DNA of 64,000 bases, taken from the NCBI GenBank assembly GCA_043806635.1, contig JAZDGT010000033.1:24336-88335 (forward strand), in the 5' to 3' direction. Shown here in pieces: positions 10,470 to 19,785 of the stretch. The notes under the pieces were generated by a model. The model did not search any database. It had not been told where the DNA came from and was given only the letters and a program-made list of their open reading frames with translations. Numbering within the stretch: the stretch's first letter is position 1; each line of letters begins with the position of its first letter. A program made the translations under genes and the position numbers. Source of the stretch: Methanobacteriota archaeon (GTDB taxonomy: Archaea; Thermoplasmatota; E2; DHVEG-1).

Positions 10470-10892
10470 TTAGGATTTTGAATCAATGGTTTGATAGGAT
10501 GTGGATATCGTGACTGATGGTTTCAGCATAGCTGAGACTGGGCAATATTTTTGTTGTGATAATTCGATTGCTCGTTCCAGATGGGTGGTATTGAGTTGAT
10601 GGCCAGCGAAGATGTAGGTGAGATGAATTTTTGTGAATACTTTTGGGTGAGTCTCGGATCGTTCTGCGGTGATCTGAATCTCAAAACCTTGAAGCTGAAC
10701 ACGTTTTTTTGTTTAAATCGAGATGACGTCACTCCCGGTGCAGCTTCCTAACGCTATTAATACGAGTTCCATGGGGTGTGCAGCAGTGTCTGTACCGGAA
10801 ACCTCTTTTGGTCCATCAATTACTACAGTATAGTTGCTTTCTGATGTCCCGATGAACAAGAGTCCTTTGACGTGTTTTACTGTTGCTTTCAT
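10470..10892 (-). pseudogene. OsmC/YhfA-family protein interrupted by an in-frame TAA at codon 60
   Basis: Manual translation MKATVKHVKG..HPMELVLIALGSCTGSDVISI*TKKRV..HPKVFTKIHL..ELSQQKYCPVSAML; both Cys motifs intact; stop at 10713-10715. Confidence 0.85.
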
Positions 10893-11073
10893 AGTTCTTT
10901 TTCACCTTTTCAGGTAGTATCATTGATTCAGGGTATAACTTCATTGGTGATATAAATAAAAGAGAGGAGTATGAGAGTAAATAGGTTTGAAAACACTGTG
11001 TATTCGTGTTCGTAAAGGATTTTCGCGTGAAAAACATTTAAAAAAGGATACGATGTCCCTTTGTACAACATTT

Positions 11074-11146
11074 GGGCCAGTGGTCTAGTGGTTATGACGT
11101 CGCGCTTACAACGCGGAGATCGCCTGTTCAATTCCGGCCTGGCCCA
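11074..11146 (+). tRNA. tRNA-Val(TAC)
   Basis: GGGCCAG..TCGCG CTTACAA CGCGG..GCCTG TTCAATT CCGGC CTGGCCC A; one T-stem mismatch; TTTAAAA box upstream. Confidence 0.92.
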
Positions 11147-11204
11147 CTAAGCTCTCTTGGAGGGTTTTCAGTCGAAACCAAGGTATTTTGGCTGTTTGTT
11201 GGTT

Positions 11205-12506
11205 TTAGCGTGTTTTCCTCTTCGAATTTTTTATTGTATTGGAATTGTTTTTTAAAAGTAACCATTTCCATACTGGTACTACATGAATTATTTTTTTATC
11301 TAAGTTGATTTCTTCTTCCTGATCCTGAGTCAATAATAACCCTTCTTTAAGACGAAACGTTGTTAATGCTTCAAGCAAACCTTTCAGTTCTCGATCTCGA
11401 TTTGTTTCATCGAGTACATAGCAGACTTGTATAGCATAAGTTATTTTTGTTCCATTTTTGATGATAAAATCACACTGCTGGGATCCACTGAAATAATACA
11501 CTTCTTGCTTTCTTCTTCGGAGATCAATGAATACAAGATTTTCTAACAACCTCCCTTTGTTAAGAGAGATATTCATCCCGCAAACCTGATGAAACACAGG
11601 ATCGACTACATAGATCTTTTTCGGTGCATTTAGTTGCTTCCTGAGGGAATAATCAAATTTGTGCACTTCAAAAAAGAGATATGAATTGTGGAGGTATGAG
11701 ATGTACTCTTTGACGGTAATAGCATTTGAAAGTTTTAATGTATTTTTTAAGGAATTATACGTGTACGGAGATGCCATATTGGTTACTAACAGATTGACTA
11801 ACTCTCGTAGCACATGCTGTTGCTTGATTAGATATCGAGCAACGATATCGCGGTAAAGGATATTTTCATAGATGGTCTTCACATATTCGATATCGTTGTT
11901 CTTTAGATACTCAGGGATTCCTCCTTTATTCAGATATTCGTTGAATTGACGAACGAGTAATGCTTTTTTTTCTGTGAGGTAAAACCAATTTTTCTGAGGC
12001 GTTATTTGGTGGAGTTGAAGAAATTCATGGAATGAAAAGGGATATACTTCAAATGATTTGTATCGACCGGTTAGTCGTGTTCCAAATTCGTAGCTAAGCA
12101 GTGAAGCATTTGAACCAGTTATAACAATTTTTTTTCCTTGATCTTGGAGTCGTCTTACAAAAGTCTCGAATTGAGGTATGTTTTGAATTTCGTCAAAGAA
12201 GTATATGGAGGCATTTCTGTATATTTCTAGTAATACTTCGTGCAGGGATTCAAATTCAGAAGCTTGAAAATCAAGAAAACGTTCATCTTCGAAATTTACG
12301 TAACAACTTGGTTTGACCTTTTGCATGAGTTGACGGAGAAGGGTCGACTTTCCACTTCGACGCAAGCCCGTAAGAATAAGAATTCTATTATCTGAGGACC
12401 AAGGAAGTATCTCATGGATAAGTTCTCGAGGTATTGTACGTTCTTCTCTCATGAGGGTTATTTGTTGTTGTATGAGTATTTGACGAAGGATTTCTTTAGA
12501 TATCAT
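11205..12506 (-). CDS. AAA+ ATPase (AAA_14 + DUF4143 family)
   Basis: GLRRSGKST, FFDEIQ, ITGSNASLLS, LTGR, GGIPE, KIYVVDP, GRLLENLV. Confidence 0.9.
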   Translation of the reverse strand: MISKEILRQILIQQQITLMREERTIPRELIHEILPWSSDNRILILTGLRRSGKSTLLRQLMQKVKPSCYVNFEDERFLDFQASEFESLHEVLLEIYRNASIYFFDEIQNIPQFETFVRRLQDQGKKIVITGSNASLLSYEFGTRLTGRYKSFEVYPFSFHEFLQLHQITPQKNWFYLTEKKALLVRQFNEYLNKGGIPEYLKNNDIEYVKTIYENILYRDIVARYLIKQQHVLRELVNLLVTNMASPYTYNSLKNTLKLSNAITVKEYISYLHNSYLFFEVHKFDYSLRKQLNAPKKIYVVDPVFHQVCGMNISLNKGRLLENLVFIDLRRRKQEVYYFSGSQQCDFIIKNGTKITYAIQVCYVLDETNRDRELKGLLEALTTFRLKEGLLLTQDQEEEINLDKKIIHVVPVWKWLLLKNNSNTIKNSKRKTR

Positions 12507-12659
12507 ACTAAATGGTAATTAGTAAAAATATTTAAATGTTTTCATTACTAATTAGTATAAATTCTAAGATATTCATTTGTAAATATTTGGTTTAACAGAC
12601 CAAATTATAGCATTTTTTTCTGGTTTGCTGGGCCAAATGCAAGCGGGAAAAGAAAAATA

Positions 12660-12701
12660 CTTACAACGCGGAGATTGCCTGTTCAATTCCGGCTTGGCCC
12701 A
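12660..12701 (+). repeat. Direct repeat of tRNA-Val 3' half (att-like)
   Basis: 40/42 match to 11105-11146, starting at the anticodon loop. Confidence 0.9.
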
Positions 12702-12790
12702 TTTTCATTTCCTCCTAATGTGAGGTAAACGAATTTTATTAGAAGGATTTATAAGAACTTTATGAATTATTTATTGAGGAGGAGAACCGG

Positions 12791-14173
12791 ATGGAAAACG
12801 AAAAAATTATGATTGGAGGTATTGTTTTTTTACTGATTGTTTCAATGTGCGGATGTCTTTCTTCCAACAATGTGAACGCTGAATACCTTCGAACGAAAAT
12901 TATTGAAAAATTCAATAATGTTCAGAGTTATACATATCGTTCATCCGGTAATATGACGAGGCCGGGGTCAGATTTACCAGGTTATGGGCTATATTCTTTG
13001 AACGGTAACGTTAATGTTCTTCAAAAGCATGTAAAATCCTATATGGACATTGAACTTACAAATGAATTGATTGAATATTATTTGAAGCATAATATCACCA
13101 TTACTAATGAGACGTTCAATTTTTTTCATCAATATTTTTATTATGAAAATGAAACGCTGTATAAATCCTTTGATAATCGTACTTGGGATGGGACCCAACA
13201 CGGGTCGTTAAATTGGTATGCCTTTGCGTTCTTAGATCGACAATTTCGTTTTATTTTAGAAAATGCGACGTTATCAAAGTTAGCCGATGAGGCCATCGAC
13301 GGCTGTACATGTTACACATTACAGGTCACCCCAAAACTAGAAAATCTTACTCTGAAACCTGTATATATGGATTTATTATTCCCGCTCCAAAATGAGAGGA
13401 GGAGTATATACTTTCTCTTTGAACAAAATTATAGCACCGATATAAAATATTGGATTGACAAAGATACTTATCTTATAAAAAAAATGTGTATCAAAGCAAG
13501 TAACAATTTTACATATTCCTACAATTCAAGTAAGAATATAACCCGACATTCATTGTCAAATTATGAGACGGAAATCTTATTTTATAATTACGACCAAGAA
13601 GATTCTGTTGAGTCACCCTGGCAAATATATATACAACAAGCCAGCGAATTACTCAATTATCTAAATTACTCTAATACGAGATTTGGTTTTGGTATGAATC
13701 TACCCTATATTTGGATAGTCGATGAAAATAGTATGTACGGTTCGAGTGTTGGTCTGGTTCCTACGTTTTCGTTACGAGATCAATCAATAACCAATCTCTC
13801 CTTAATAATCGGCCCGCCCTCACGTTCAAGCGGGAATCTGAGCGAAGAAGTTCAGAATAAATTAATGGATATTGGTGAAAAATTAAATGATACTACCCAT
13901 TCACAATATTATATAAATTATACCTTAGATAGAAACGGACCTCTAAATGTTAACGGGATGAATGCATACGAATTTGTTACATCGATGACCACGAACAACA
14001 TCACAATAAAAACAAGGGATCTGTTCATAGAAAAAGATGAGAGATTATTTGATATTCTATTTTATGGTTACGAGGAACTATATAATGAATATCTTCCAGA
14101 AATTAATGATTGCATCAACACCTCATTTACAATAATTGCTCCATACTTTGAAATCTATGAAATAAATCTATGA
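12791..14173 (+). CDS. Lipoprotein; LolA/LppX-like N-terminal region and PsbP-like C-terminal region
   Basis: Lipobox MCGC, EAIDGCTCYTL and YWIDKDTYLIKK segments, VNGMNAYEF segment. Confidence 0.55.
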   Translation: MENEKIMIGGIVFLLIVSMCGCLSSNNVNAEYLRTKIIEKFNNVQSYTYRSSGNMTRPGSDLPGYGLYSLNGNVNVLQKHVKSYMDIELTNELIEYYLKHNITITNETFNFFHQYFYYENETLYKSFDNRTWDGTQHGSLNWYAFAFLDRQFRFILENATLSKLADEAIDGCTCYTLQVTPKLENLTLKPVYMDLLFPLQNERRSIYFLFEQNYSTDIKYWIDKDTYLIKKMCIKASNNFTYSYNSSKNITRHSLSNYETEILFYNYDQEDSVESPWQIYIQQASELLNYLNYSNTRFGFGMNLPYIWIVDENSMYGSSVGLVPTFSLRDQSITNLSLIIGPPSRSSGNLSEEVQNKLMDIGEKLNDTTHSQYYINYTLDRNGPLNVNGMNAYEFVTSMTTNNITIKTRDLFIEKDERLFDILFYGYEELYNEYLPEINDCINTSFTIIAPYFEIYEINL

Positions 14174-14235
14174 AATATGAGTACTAATACAGACATTATT
14201 TTACTTAAGAAAAAAATTGAATTTCATATTTCCTT

Positions 14236-14311
14236 ATGTCGACCTATGTGTAAAAACAAGGTTAGGTTGACGTATCCCCAGATAGGAAGCGGGTAATTCC
14301 GGCCTGGCCCA
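14236..14311 (+). repeat. 76-bp cassette-end motif ending in tRNA-Val 3' terminus
   Basis: Ungapped 60/76 match to 15957-16032; internal inverted repeat gtcgacct..aggttgac; ends aattccggcctggccca. Confidence 0.85.
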
Positions 14312-14345
14312 CTAACCTCTCTCGAAAGATTTGATGTTAAATCAT

Positions 14346-14768
14346 CTATCGTTGTCTATATAAAAAATAATTCATCTCCTTTGTGTTGAGAATATGAACT
14401 ATTGATTGTCGTCTAAGTTTTTTATCATCAGACCATAAAAAACTCGTAGGATAAGCTAGAGCGCAAGCAATGAAAAGCACATCGTCAGGATCGATATCTT
14501 TAACGATCTCATATGCTTGTTTTTTATATGGAATAAGCGAACTTGTTGGAACGATTAATACTTTTCGTAAGAGATACGAAAGTAATGAGTTAAATTCCTT
14601 TGAAGTCATCTTTGATTTTTTCAGAAGTTCTCTTTTATGTTTCTCCATTTCTTCAAAGATATACGATGGAAAAAGAAAGGTTCCTTCATAATCTAAAATC
14701 AATCTTCTTGTTAGTGAATCTTTGATGAGTGCGGAAAAAAGAATGTTCGAATCAATAACGATATTCAA
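14346..14768 (-). CDS. PIN-domain toxin (VapC-like)
   Basis: IVIDSNILFSAL, DIDPDDVLFIACAL, WSDDKKL. Confidence 0.88.
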   Translation of the reverse strand: MNIVIDSNILFSALIKDSLTRRLILDYEGTFLFPSYIFEEMEKHKRELLKKSKMTSKEFNSLLSYLLRKVLIVPTSSLIPYKKQAYEIVKDIDPDDVLFIACALAYPTSFLWSDDKKLRRQSIVHILNTKEMNYFLYRQR

Positions 14769-14986
14769 CTAAGGAACCTCTTAGATGCTGATGCTTTTAT
14801 TTTTTTATTAAATGTTTTTACATCATCTTCAGTGAGTTTGCTTTTTCGTGCAAGTTTCTCAGCCATTTGAAGAAATTCTAATTTTTCGATAATGGCTTTT
14901 CGTGCGATTTCACTCCATTTCACTTCAGAGAAATGTTTCATTTGTTTATGAATAGTATCTGGTACTGAAAGAGTTATATTTCCCAT
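14765..14986 (-). CDS. RHH-type antitoxin
   Basis: MGNITLSVPD..VKWSEIARKAI; 4-bp overlap with PIN gene. Confidence 0.8.
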   Translation of the reverse strand: MGNITLSVPDTIHKQMKHFSEVKWSEIARKAIIEKLEFLQMAEKLARKSKLTEDDVKTFNKKIKASASKRFLS

Positions 14987-15353
14987 ACATATCACTACAA
15001 ATAAATATGTGTGTTCACATATTTAAACATTTCTTATTGAAGCTCTTTATCTTACAATTCGTCTATAATAGTTTTATAAGATTGTTGAAAAATCAATAAC
15101 TAACATCGGAAAGATATTTAGATATAAAGAGGGAGCATACCATATCTATGCCGGCAAACAGATCGCAAATGCAGCACATTTTGAAAATATAGAAAAAGTA
15201 AGAGTAGATTATTATCCTATTGATAAAAAGATCGTGATTAGAAAAATAACGGAATTATAAAATTATCATAAAACTTTAAAATTTTTAATTTTTAATAACA
15301 TAAAAAAGTAACATGTTAGAAAAATATAAATTCTAATAACAGATAGTTTTTTA

Positions 15354-15974
15354 TTGAAAGGATGGGAAAATACGAACTGGAAAGAATTCTTTAAACCAAA
15401 TATAAAAAAGATTCTATTTACTGCCGTATTTTTTTTCTTAATTGGAATTTGGTTTGTTTTTCCAATATTGAATATTTTGTTACCCAATAGCGAGGGTTCA
15501 TTTGGGATACGAATTTTAGTTTTAATAATATCATTCATCCCTCCTGTATTTCTTGCATATATATTAGGTAGTTTTTATTTGATATTAGCTGAAATGATTA
15601 CCAAAAAAGTATCATTGTTAAAATTCAATGAAAAAAAAATTGCCTTAGGAATTGGTGTGTTTGTATTTGCTGTTTTTTTCCATGGCATAACGTATAGCTT
15701 GAATTTCCCGATCTTAAGAGTTATTGATTATATCCTTCTTCCATATATGTTGGTTACTGACATCTGGATGCGTTATGTGTCTCACCCGTATCTATATACT
15801 CTTCCTCCGGGAGCAGGTTTTGATATTACTTTTTCAATATCAGACATTATAATTTTAATACTATTTTTTGCCCTTAGTATCATTTATTGGTATGCAATAG
15901 GATGTGTAATTTTTTATTATTTTAAAAAATTCAAAAATAGAACTTTAAATGAAGATATGTCAACCAATAAGTAA
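15354..15974 (+). CDS. Hypothetical multi-pass membrane protein
   Basis: 206-aa ORF with 4-5 hydrophobic segments. Confidence 0.6.
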   Translation: MKGWENTNWKEFFKPNIKKILFTAVFFFLIGIWFVFPILNILLPNSEGSFGIRILVLIISFIPPVFLAYILGSFYLILAEMITKKVSLLKFNEKKIALGIGVFVFAVFFHGITYSLNFPILRVIDYILLPYMLVTDIWMRYVSHPYLYTLPPGAGFDITFSISDIIILILFFALSIIYWYAIGCVIFYYFKKFKNRTLNEDMSTNK

Positions 15975-16032
15975 AAACAGGGGAAGGTTGACGCACCTCC
16001 AGATAGGAATAGAGCAATATCGGCCTGGCCCA
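15957..16032 (+). repeat. 76-bp cassette-end motif ending in tRNA-Val 3' terminus
   Basis: Homologous to 14236-14311; inverted repeat gtcaacc..ggttgac; ends cggcctggccca. Confidence 0.85.
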
Positions 16033-16109
16033 TTTTTAACAAGTAGAAAAAAAATTATTGAAAAAACATTTTTAAAGAAAGAGAAGATGACAAGGTAAAG
16101 GGTTCTTAA

Positions 16110-16349
16110 ATGAAATTAAATAAACCATTAAAAATTGAAGGTATTTTTTTAGGGATCTGTATTGTTTTAATTATCATTGGTATTGCAATGTATTTTACAA
16201 ATCAATACACTACATCTCATGGAGGACTTAATTTGTGGTTTGTATTCGTTTATGTCACAACTTCTCCTCTGTTTATTATTCTTGTAATTGCCGCTTTAAT
16301 ATATTGGTTCTGGAGAGTAAAAAAATATCAGACTAAAGCATCAGATTAA
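16110..16349 (+). CDS. Small two-TM membrane protein
   Basis: 79-aa ORF with two hydrophobic helices. Confidence 0.55.
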   Translation: MKLNKPLKIEGIFLGICIVLIIIGIAMYFTNQYTTSHGGLNLWFVFVYVTTSPLFIILVIAALIYWFWRVKKYQTKASD

Positions 16350-16454
16350 CGCATTATTATCTGTTGAAAATGTAATTGCGACCTAGCTTATTTTTTGGTA
16401 TTAGGATAATAAATTAAAAAAAGAGAGTTAAGGATATGGCAAAAGTGTATATCC

Positions 16455-17018
16455 TTAATCATATTGTTTAATTAGAGATGATGATCGTATGTTTTCGAAT
16501 TTGGCTGTATCGTTTAATATCCGCCATTCTTGTTCTGCGCCATGGGCGATTTCATCCCAGGAGTAGATAGGTTGGGCACTGATGGTGATGACTCCTTTGA
16601 TTACGAGTTTTTCGTTTTCAAAGATGAGTATCTCAACTTTGTAGCTATTATTGGATAGAACGAGTGGTATCTCGATTTCTGCTGTTGAATCTGCTGCAAT
16701 GTTTCCTATTGTAACCGTGTTTTTGTATACCGCAAGATTATCACTGGTCTCAATCACATAGGCGGTGGCTTTTATGTTTCCTGATTCTTTTGTCCATATG
16801 TTTGTTAAATACAGTGTACATGTTATATTGACCGTGTCATTGGTTTCATCGGTTTTCAGAAGATAGGTTGCATCAACAAAAAGATGCTCTTCTGGAAAAA
16901 CAGGTTCCGCTCTTATTCTTAAAATCATTGCTGCAAAGATACCGACGACGATGATTATGATCGCCACTATCGTGATGACGAGTACTCCAGCTTTTTTTGT
17001 TTTTGGGTTCATTTCCAT
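16455..17018 (-). CDS. Membrane-anchored hypothetical protein with Ig-like extracellular domain
   Basis: N-terminal TM then beta-rich domain; divergent from the wHTH regulator. Confidence 0.6.
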   Translation of the reverse strand: MEMNPKTKKAGVLVITIVAIIIIVVGIFAAMILRIRAEPVFPEEHLFVDATYLLKTDETNDTVNITCTLYLTNIWTKESGNIKATAYVIETSDNLAVYKNTVTIGNIAADSTAEIEIPLVLSNNSYKVEILIFENEKLVIKGVITISAQPIYSWDEIAHGAEQEWRILNDTAKFENIRSSSLIKQYD

Positions 17019-17134
17019 AGAAATCACAATTTTTATTTATACTTAAGAATATATAAAGGGTGGGAAAATGTTCGTAAAAATACGAACAAAAACCAGTAAT
17101 ATTTAAATCATGATAACCTAATTGAGATTGAAGA

Positions 17135-17848
17135 ATGACAAAAATATCACTTGAACTTGAGGATATCAAAGCATTAGCATCTGACTCCAGACTCGAGATT
17201 CTCAAAGCTCTTGATGGAAAAAAACTGAATTTACAAGATGTGACCAGGATTACAAAGCTCAACAAAGCAACACTTCATGTCCATTTATCAAAACTTCTCG
17301 AGGCCGGGTTCATCAAAAAGAAAGAACGAGAAGGACATAAATGGGTCTACTATCAACTCACCTGGAAAGGAGAATGCCTCCTGCATCCAGAAAACACGAG
17401 AATCGTCGTCCTTTTTAGTATCACCTTTATTTCACTATTCGCAGGAATCATCCAATTAATCAACTATGCTAAAGGAGCCATTGTAGGAGTTGCTCAGACG
17501 TTACCGAACGAAGAAACGACACAAATCTTTGCTATCCCCAGAACTGTTAATGCGACCTCAGCGTATCAAAATGTATTTCAAAATATAGCAAATGTTCCTA
17601 CCCACAATCAGACACTCCTACAGTTATCCCAAGCACTCAACAGCAACGCTGATATCAAAGGACTTGTGGGTAACACGTTTTCAGATGAAGCAATCCAATG
17701 GTCTGCCGCTCCAGATAGCACTAATCTTGTAGCCTCAATCCAAGATCCTACCTTACTCTATCTTGGTCTCGTGTGTCTCACGATCTGTGTTATCTTTTTA
17801 AGCATAGGCCTTTGGAGACTATGGAAAAATAGAATACCAGAACTCTAA
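17135..17848 (+). CDS. ArsR-like winged-helix regulator with transmembrane C-terminus
   Basis: KALASDSRLEILKAL..HLSKLLEAGFI..WVYYQLTWKG followed by two TM segments. Confidence 0.82.
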   Translation: MTKISLELEDIKALASDSRLEILKALDGKKLNLQDVTRITKLNKATLHVHLSKLLEAGFIKKKEREGHKWVYYQLTWKGECLLHPENTRIVVLFSITFISLFAGIIQLINYAKGAIVGVAQTLPNEETTQIFAIPRTVNATSAYQNVFQNIANVPTHNQTLLQLSQALNSNADIKGLVGNTFSDEAIQWSAAPDSTNLVASIQDPTLLYLGLVCLTICVIFLSIGLWRLWKNRIPEL

Positions 17849-17915
17849 AAACATTTATGATAAAACCATTATAACCTACGTAAGGATCGTATAGGAAAAA
17901 AATAATTCTCGGTTT

Positions 17916-18002
17916 TTAATCTCCGTCATCGGGATCCCAGAAATCAGGGAAATCGGGGTGAGGTCTTGGTCGTTCAGGTTCTGGTGATATAGGCGTCTTC
18001 AT
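17916..18002 (-). CDS. Putative 28-aa Pro/Asp-rich microprotein
   Basis: MKTPISPEPERPRPHPDFPDFWDPDDGD; purine-rich gaaggga upstream. Confidence 0.3.
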   Translation of the reverse strand: MKTPISPEPERPRPHPDFPDFWDPDDGD

Positions 18003-18152
18003 AGGTAATCCCTTCATTCACGGTTTTTTATCTGAGTCTCTACTATTATAAGTGCATTTGTATATTTATTATCTTTTCTATCGAAAAAAACAGGTACCAA
18101 CCCTCAAAAAAAAGAATACGAACTATTCTTCTCCTAGCAACAACCTAATCAA

Positions 18153-18428
18153 TCATTCATCTTTCAATTTAATACTGCATAACGCCATCGCCAGAGACAC
18201 ATCCAACTTACTCGTTAACGGCAGCAACCGTGACACTACCTCTTCCTCGAACACATTCGTAGGTCTCCGGCATAACAATAAATCCCTATCTCGATGAAAC
18301 AAATCAGCAATCTCACAACATTCCTCAGAATCCAACTTCCTTTCTTTCAGAACATCCACTTCTTTCTCCCAATATGAAATAAACTCTTGAAGATCCTGCA
18401 TCCAGGTTTCATCACTACCTGTTATCAT
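18153..18428 (-). CDS. Hypothetical protein
   Basis: ATG preceded by gggag; protein-like composition. Confidence 0.5.
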   Translation of the reverse strand: MITGSDETWMQDLQEFISYWEKEVDVLKERKLDSEECCEIADLFHRDRDLLLCRRPTNVFEEEVVSRLLPLTSKLDVSLAMALCSIKLKDE

Positions 18429-18623
18429 AGAAACTCCCTGATAACTCATAGGAGATAGTACTACATAAAATTTTGTATACACACGACCCACAGAAGGAAA
18501 AAAATAGGCAATACCTCCTATTCATCTCATCATATTCCTTACGTTCCTTACGAACGCAGAAAATTACATAAACGCCTCCAATCTCCATACTCGAAACACA
18601 ATCATAAAAAATACGTACGATAG

Positions 18624-18696
18624 AGCCCCGTGGTGTAGCGGTCAATCATTCGGGATTCTGGATCCCGCGACAGTGGTTCGAATCCACTCGGGGCTA
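18624..18696 (+). tRNA. tRNA-Gln(CTG), canonical archaeal type, discriminator A73
   Basis: AGCCCCG TG GTGT..TCAT T CGGGA TTCTGGA TCCCG CGAC AGTGG TTCGAAT CCACT CGGGGCT A. Confidence 0.95.
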
Positions 18697-18731
18697 TCAC
18701 TCCCGACTCCTCTTTTTGATACAAAATGTGG

Positions 18732-19358
18732 TTACTCAAGCATCGTTACGGTCACCGAGTCACCTATCTCAACCAACGCACCCTCTGTCCGCTTCCCGAT
18801 ACTACAATTCACCACCGTTGTACCACCAGTTTTCGTCACACCCGGGTCCTCATGGATATGCCCACACAAGACCAGACGAGGCTGACACGCATCAACCAAA
18901 GCACGCAACGCTTTACTCCCCGCATGATGACCAATAAACACCCGATCCTGCAATTTATATGGGGGAACATGTGTCACCAACACTGACTTGTTATTCAACA
19001 CTTCCTCAATCGGCTTCTGTCCACCATCCACTGTAATAAGGATATCCGCTCCTGGATACAGCGGCGTACCCCCGACACCGATAAACGGAACACCCTTCTT
19101 CACCATCCGCCGTAAATCAATATTACTCGCTGAAATCGCTTCACCAACATCACCCGAATCAATATTACCTGGAACCGCCAATACATCAACCGGGATCTGA
19201 TTCAGAAAACTCTTTGCAACCTCCCCCGGCCCAAACTGAGTAATGTCCCCACAAATCACCAAAAGATCAGGAGTATACTTCTCAATGTTTTTCAAAACAA
19301 TATTCACCCGAAACTGAGCACCATGAAGATCAGCTACCGCAAGAATTTTCAACGACAT
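18732..19358 (-). CDS. Metallophosphoesterase (calcineurin-like)
   Basis: ADLHG, CGDIT, PGNID, THVPP, CGHIHE. Confidence 0.9.
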   Translation of the reverse strand: MSLKILAVADLHGAQFRVNIVLKNIEKYTPDLLVICGDITQFGPGEVAKSFLNQIPVDVLAVPGNIDSGDVGEAISASNIDLRRMVKKGVPFIGVGGTPLYPGADILITVDGGQKPIEEVLNNKSVLVTHVPPYKLQDRVFIGHHAGSKALRALVDACQPRLVLCGHIHEDPGVTKTGGTTVVNCSIGKRTEGALVEIGDSVTVTMLE

Positions 19359-19785
19359 CTATCTTGGTCTGAATACATAAACACATAAAAAAACTTCCTA
19401 CGATACCCTACCGTAAGAACAAGACAAGACAGAGAAAATGCGACCATCATTCTCTCCTGCCATATAGCATACTGATCAATTCTTTTGTTGCCCTTCTTTA
19501 AAAAAAATCTCGGACAACTTCTCAACGAACTCTGGGCTAAACTCCATCCAACCCCTACGCTCCTTTCTCCAAATCGTATATCCTGAAGAACGTATAAATA
19601 TTTTACTTAAAAACAAGGTTTTTCACCACTCGATTTCCTATTGATGAGGACAACCGAAAAAAAACAGCCTTAATAAAAAAAATTTTTCGGTTCTATGACG
19701 TGATAAAGACAGGAACATTTTAATACCACCTTCCTTGATAAAGGATGAAAACTTACAAAAGAAAGAAAACAGAAGGAGAAACACC

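Larger units (their letters stand above)
11147..16032. mobile_element. Tandem array of three integrated cargo units downstream of tRNA-Val
   Basis: tRNA-Val 3'-end copies end at 12701, 14311 and 16032; AT-rich accessory cargo; no integrase. Confidence 0.7.

Noticed and set aside
10713..10715. TAA-to-Gln recoding suggested by an in-frame ochre next to GlnRS and extra tRNA-Gln genes
   Set aside because: All three tRNA-Gln anticodons are standard (TTG/CTG), many core genes end in TAA at expected positions, and the site fits Leu rather than Gln.
15072..15260. AbrB-like open frame lacking a start codon
   Set aside because: No usable start after the upstream stop; similarity is impressionistic.
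14236..16032. Cassette-end motifs as fragments of a split SSV-type integrase
   Set aside because: Differences between copies are not concentrated at third codon positions and no integrase-like ORF extends from them.
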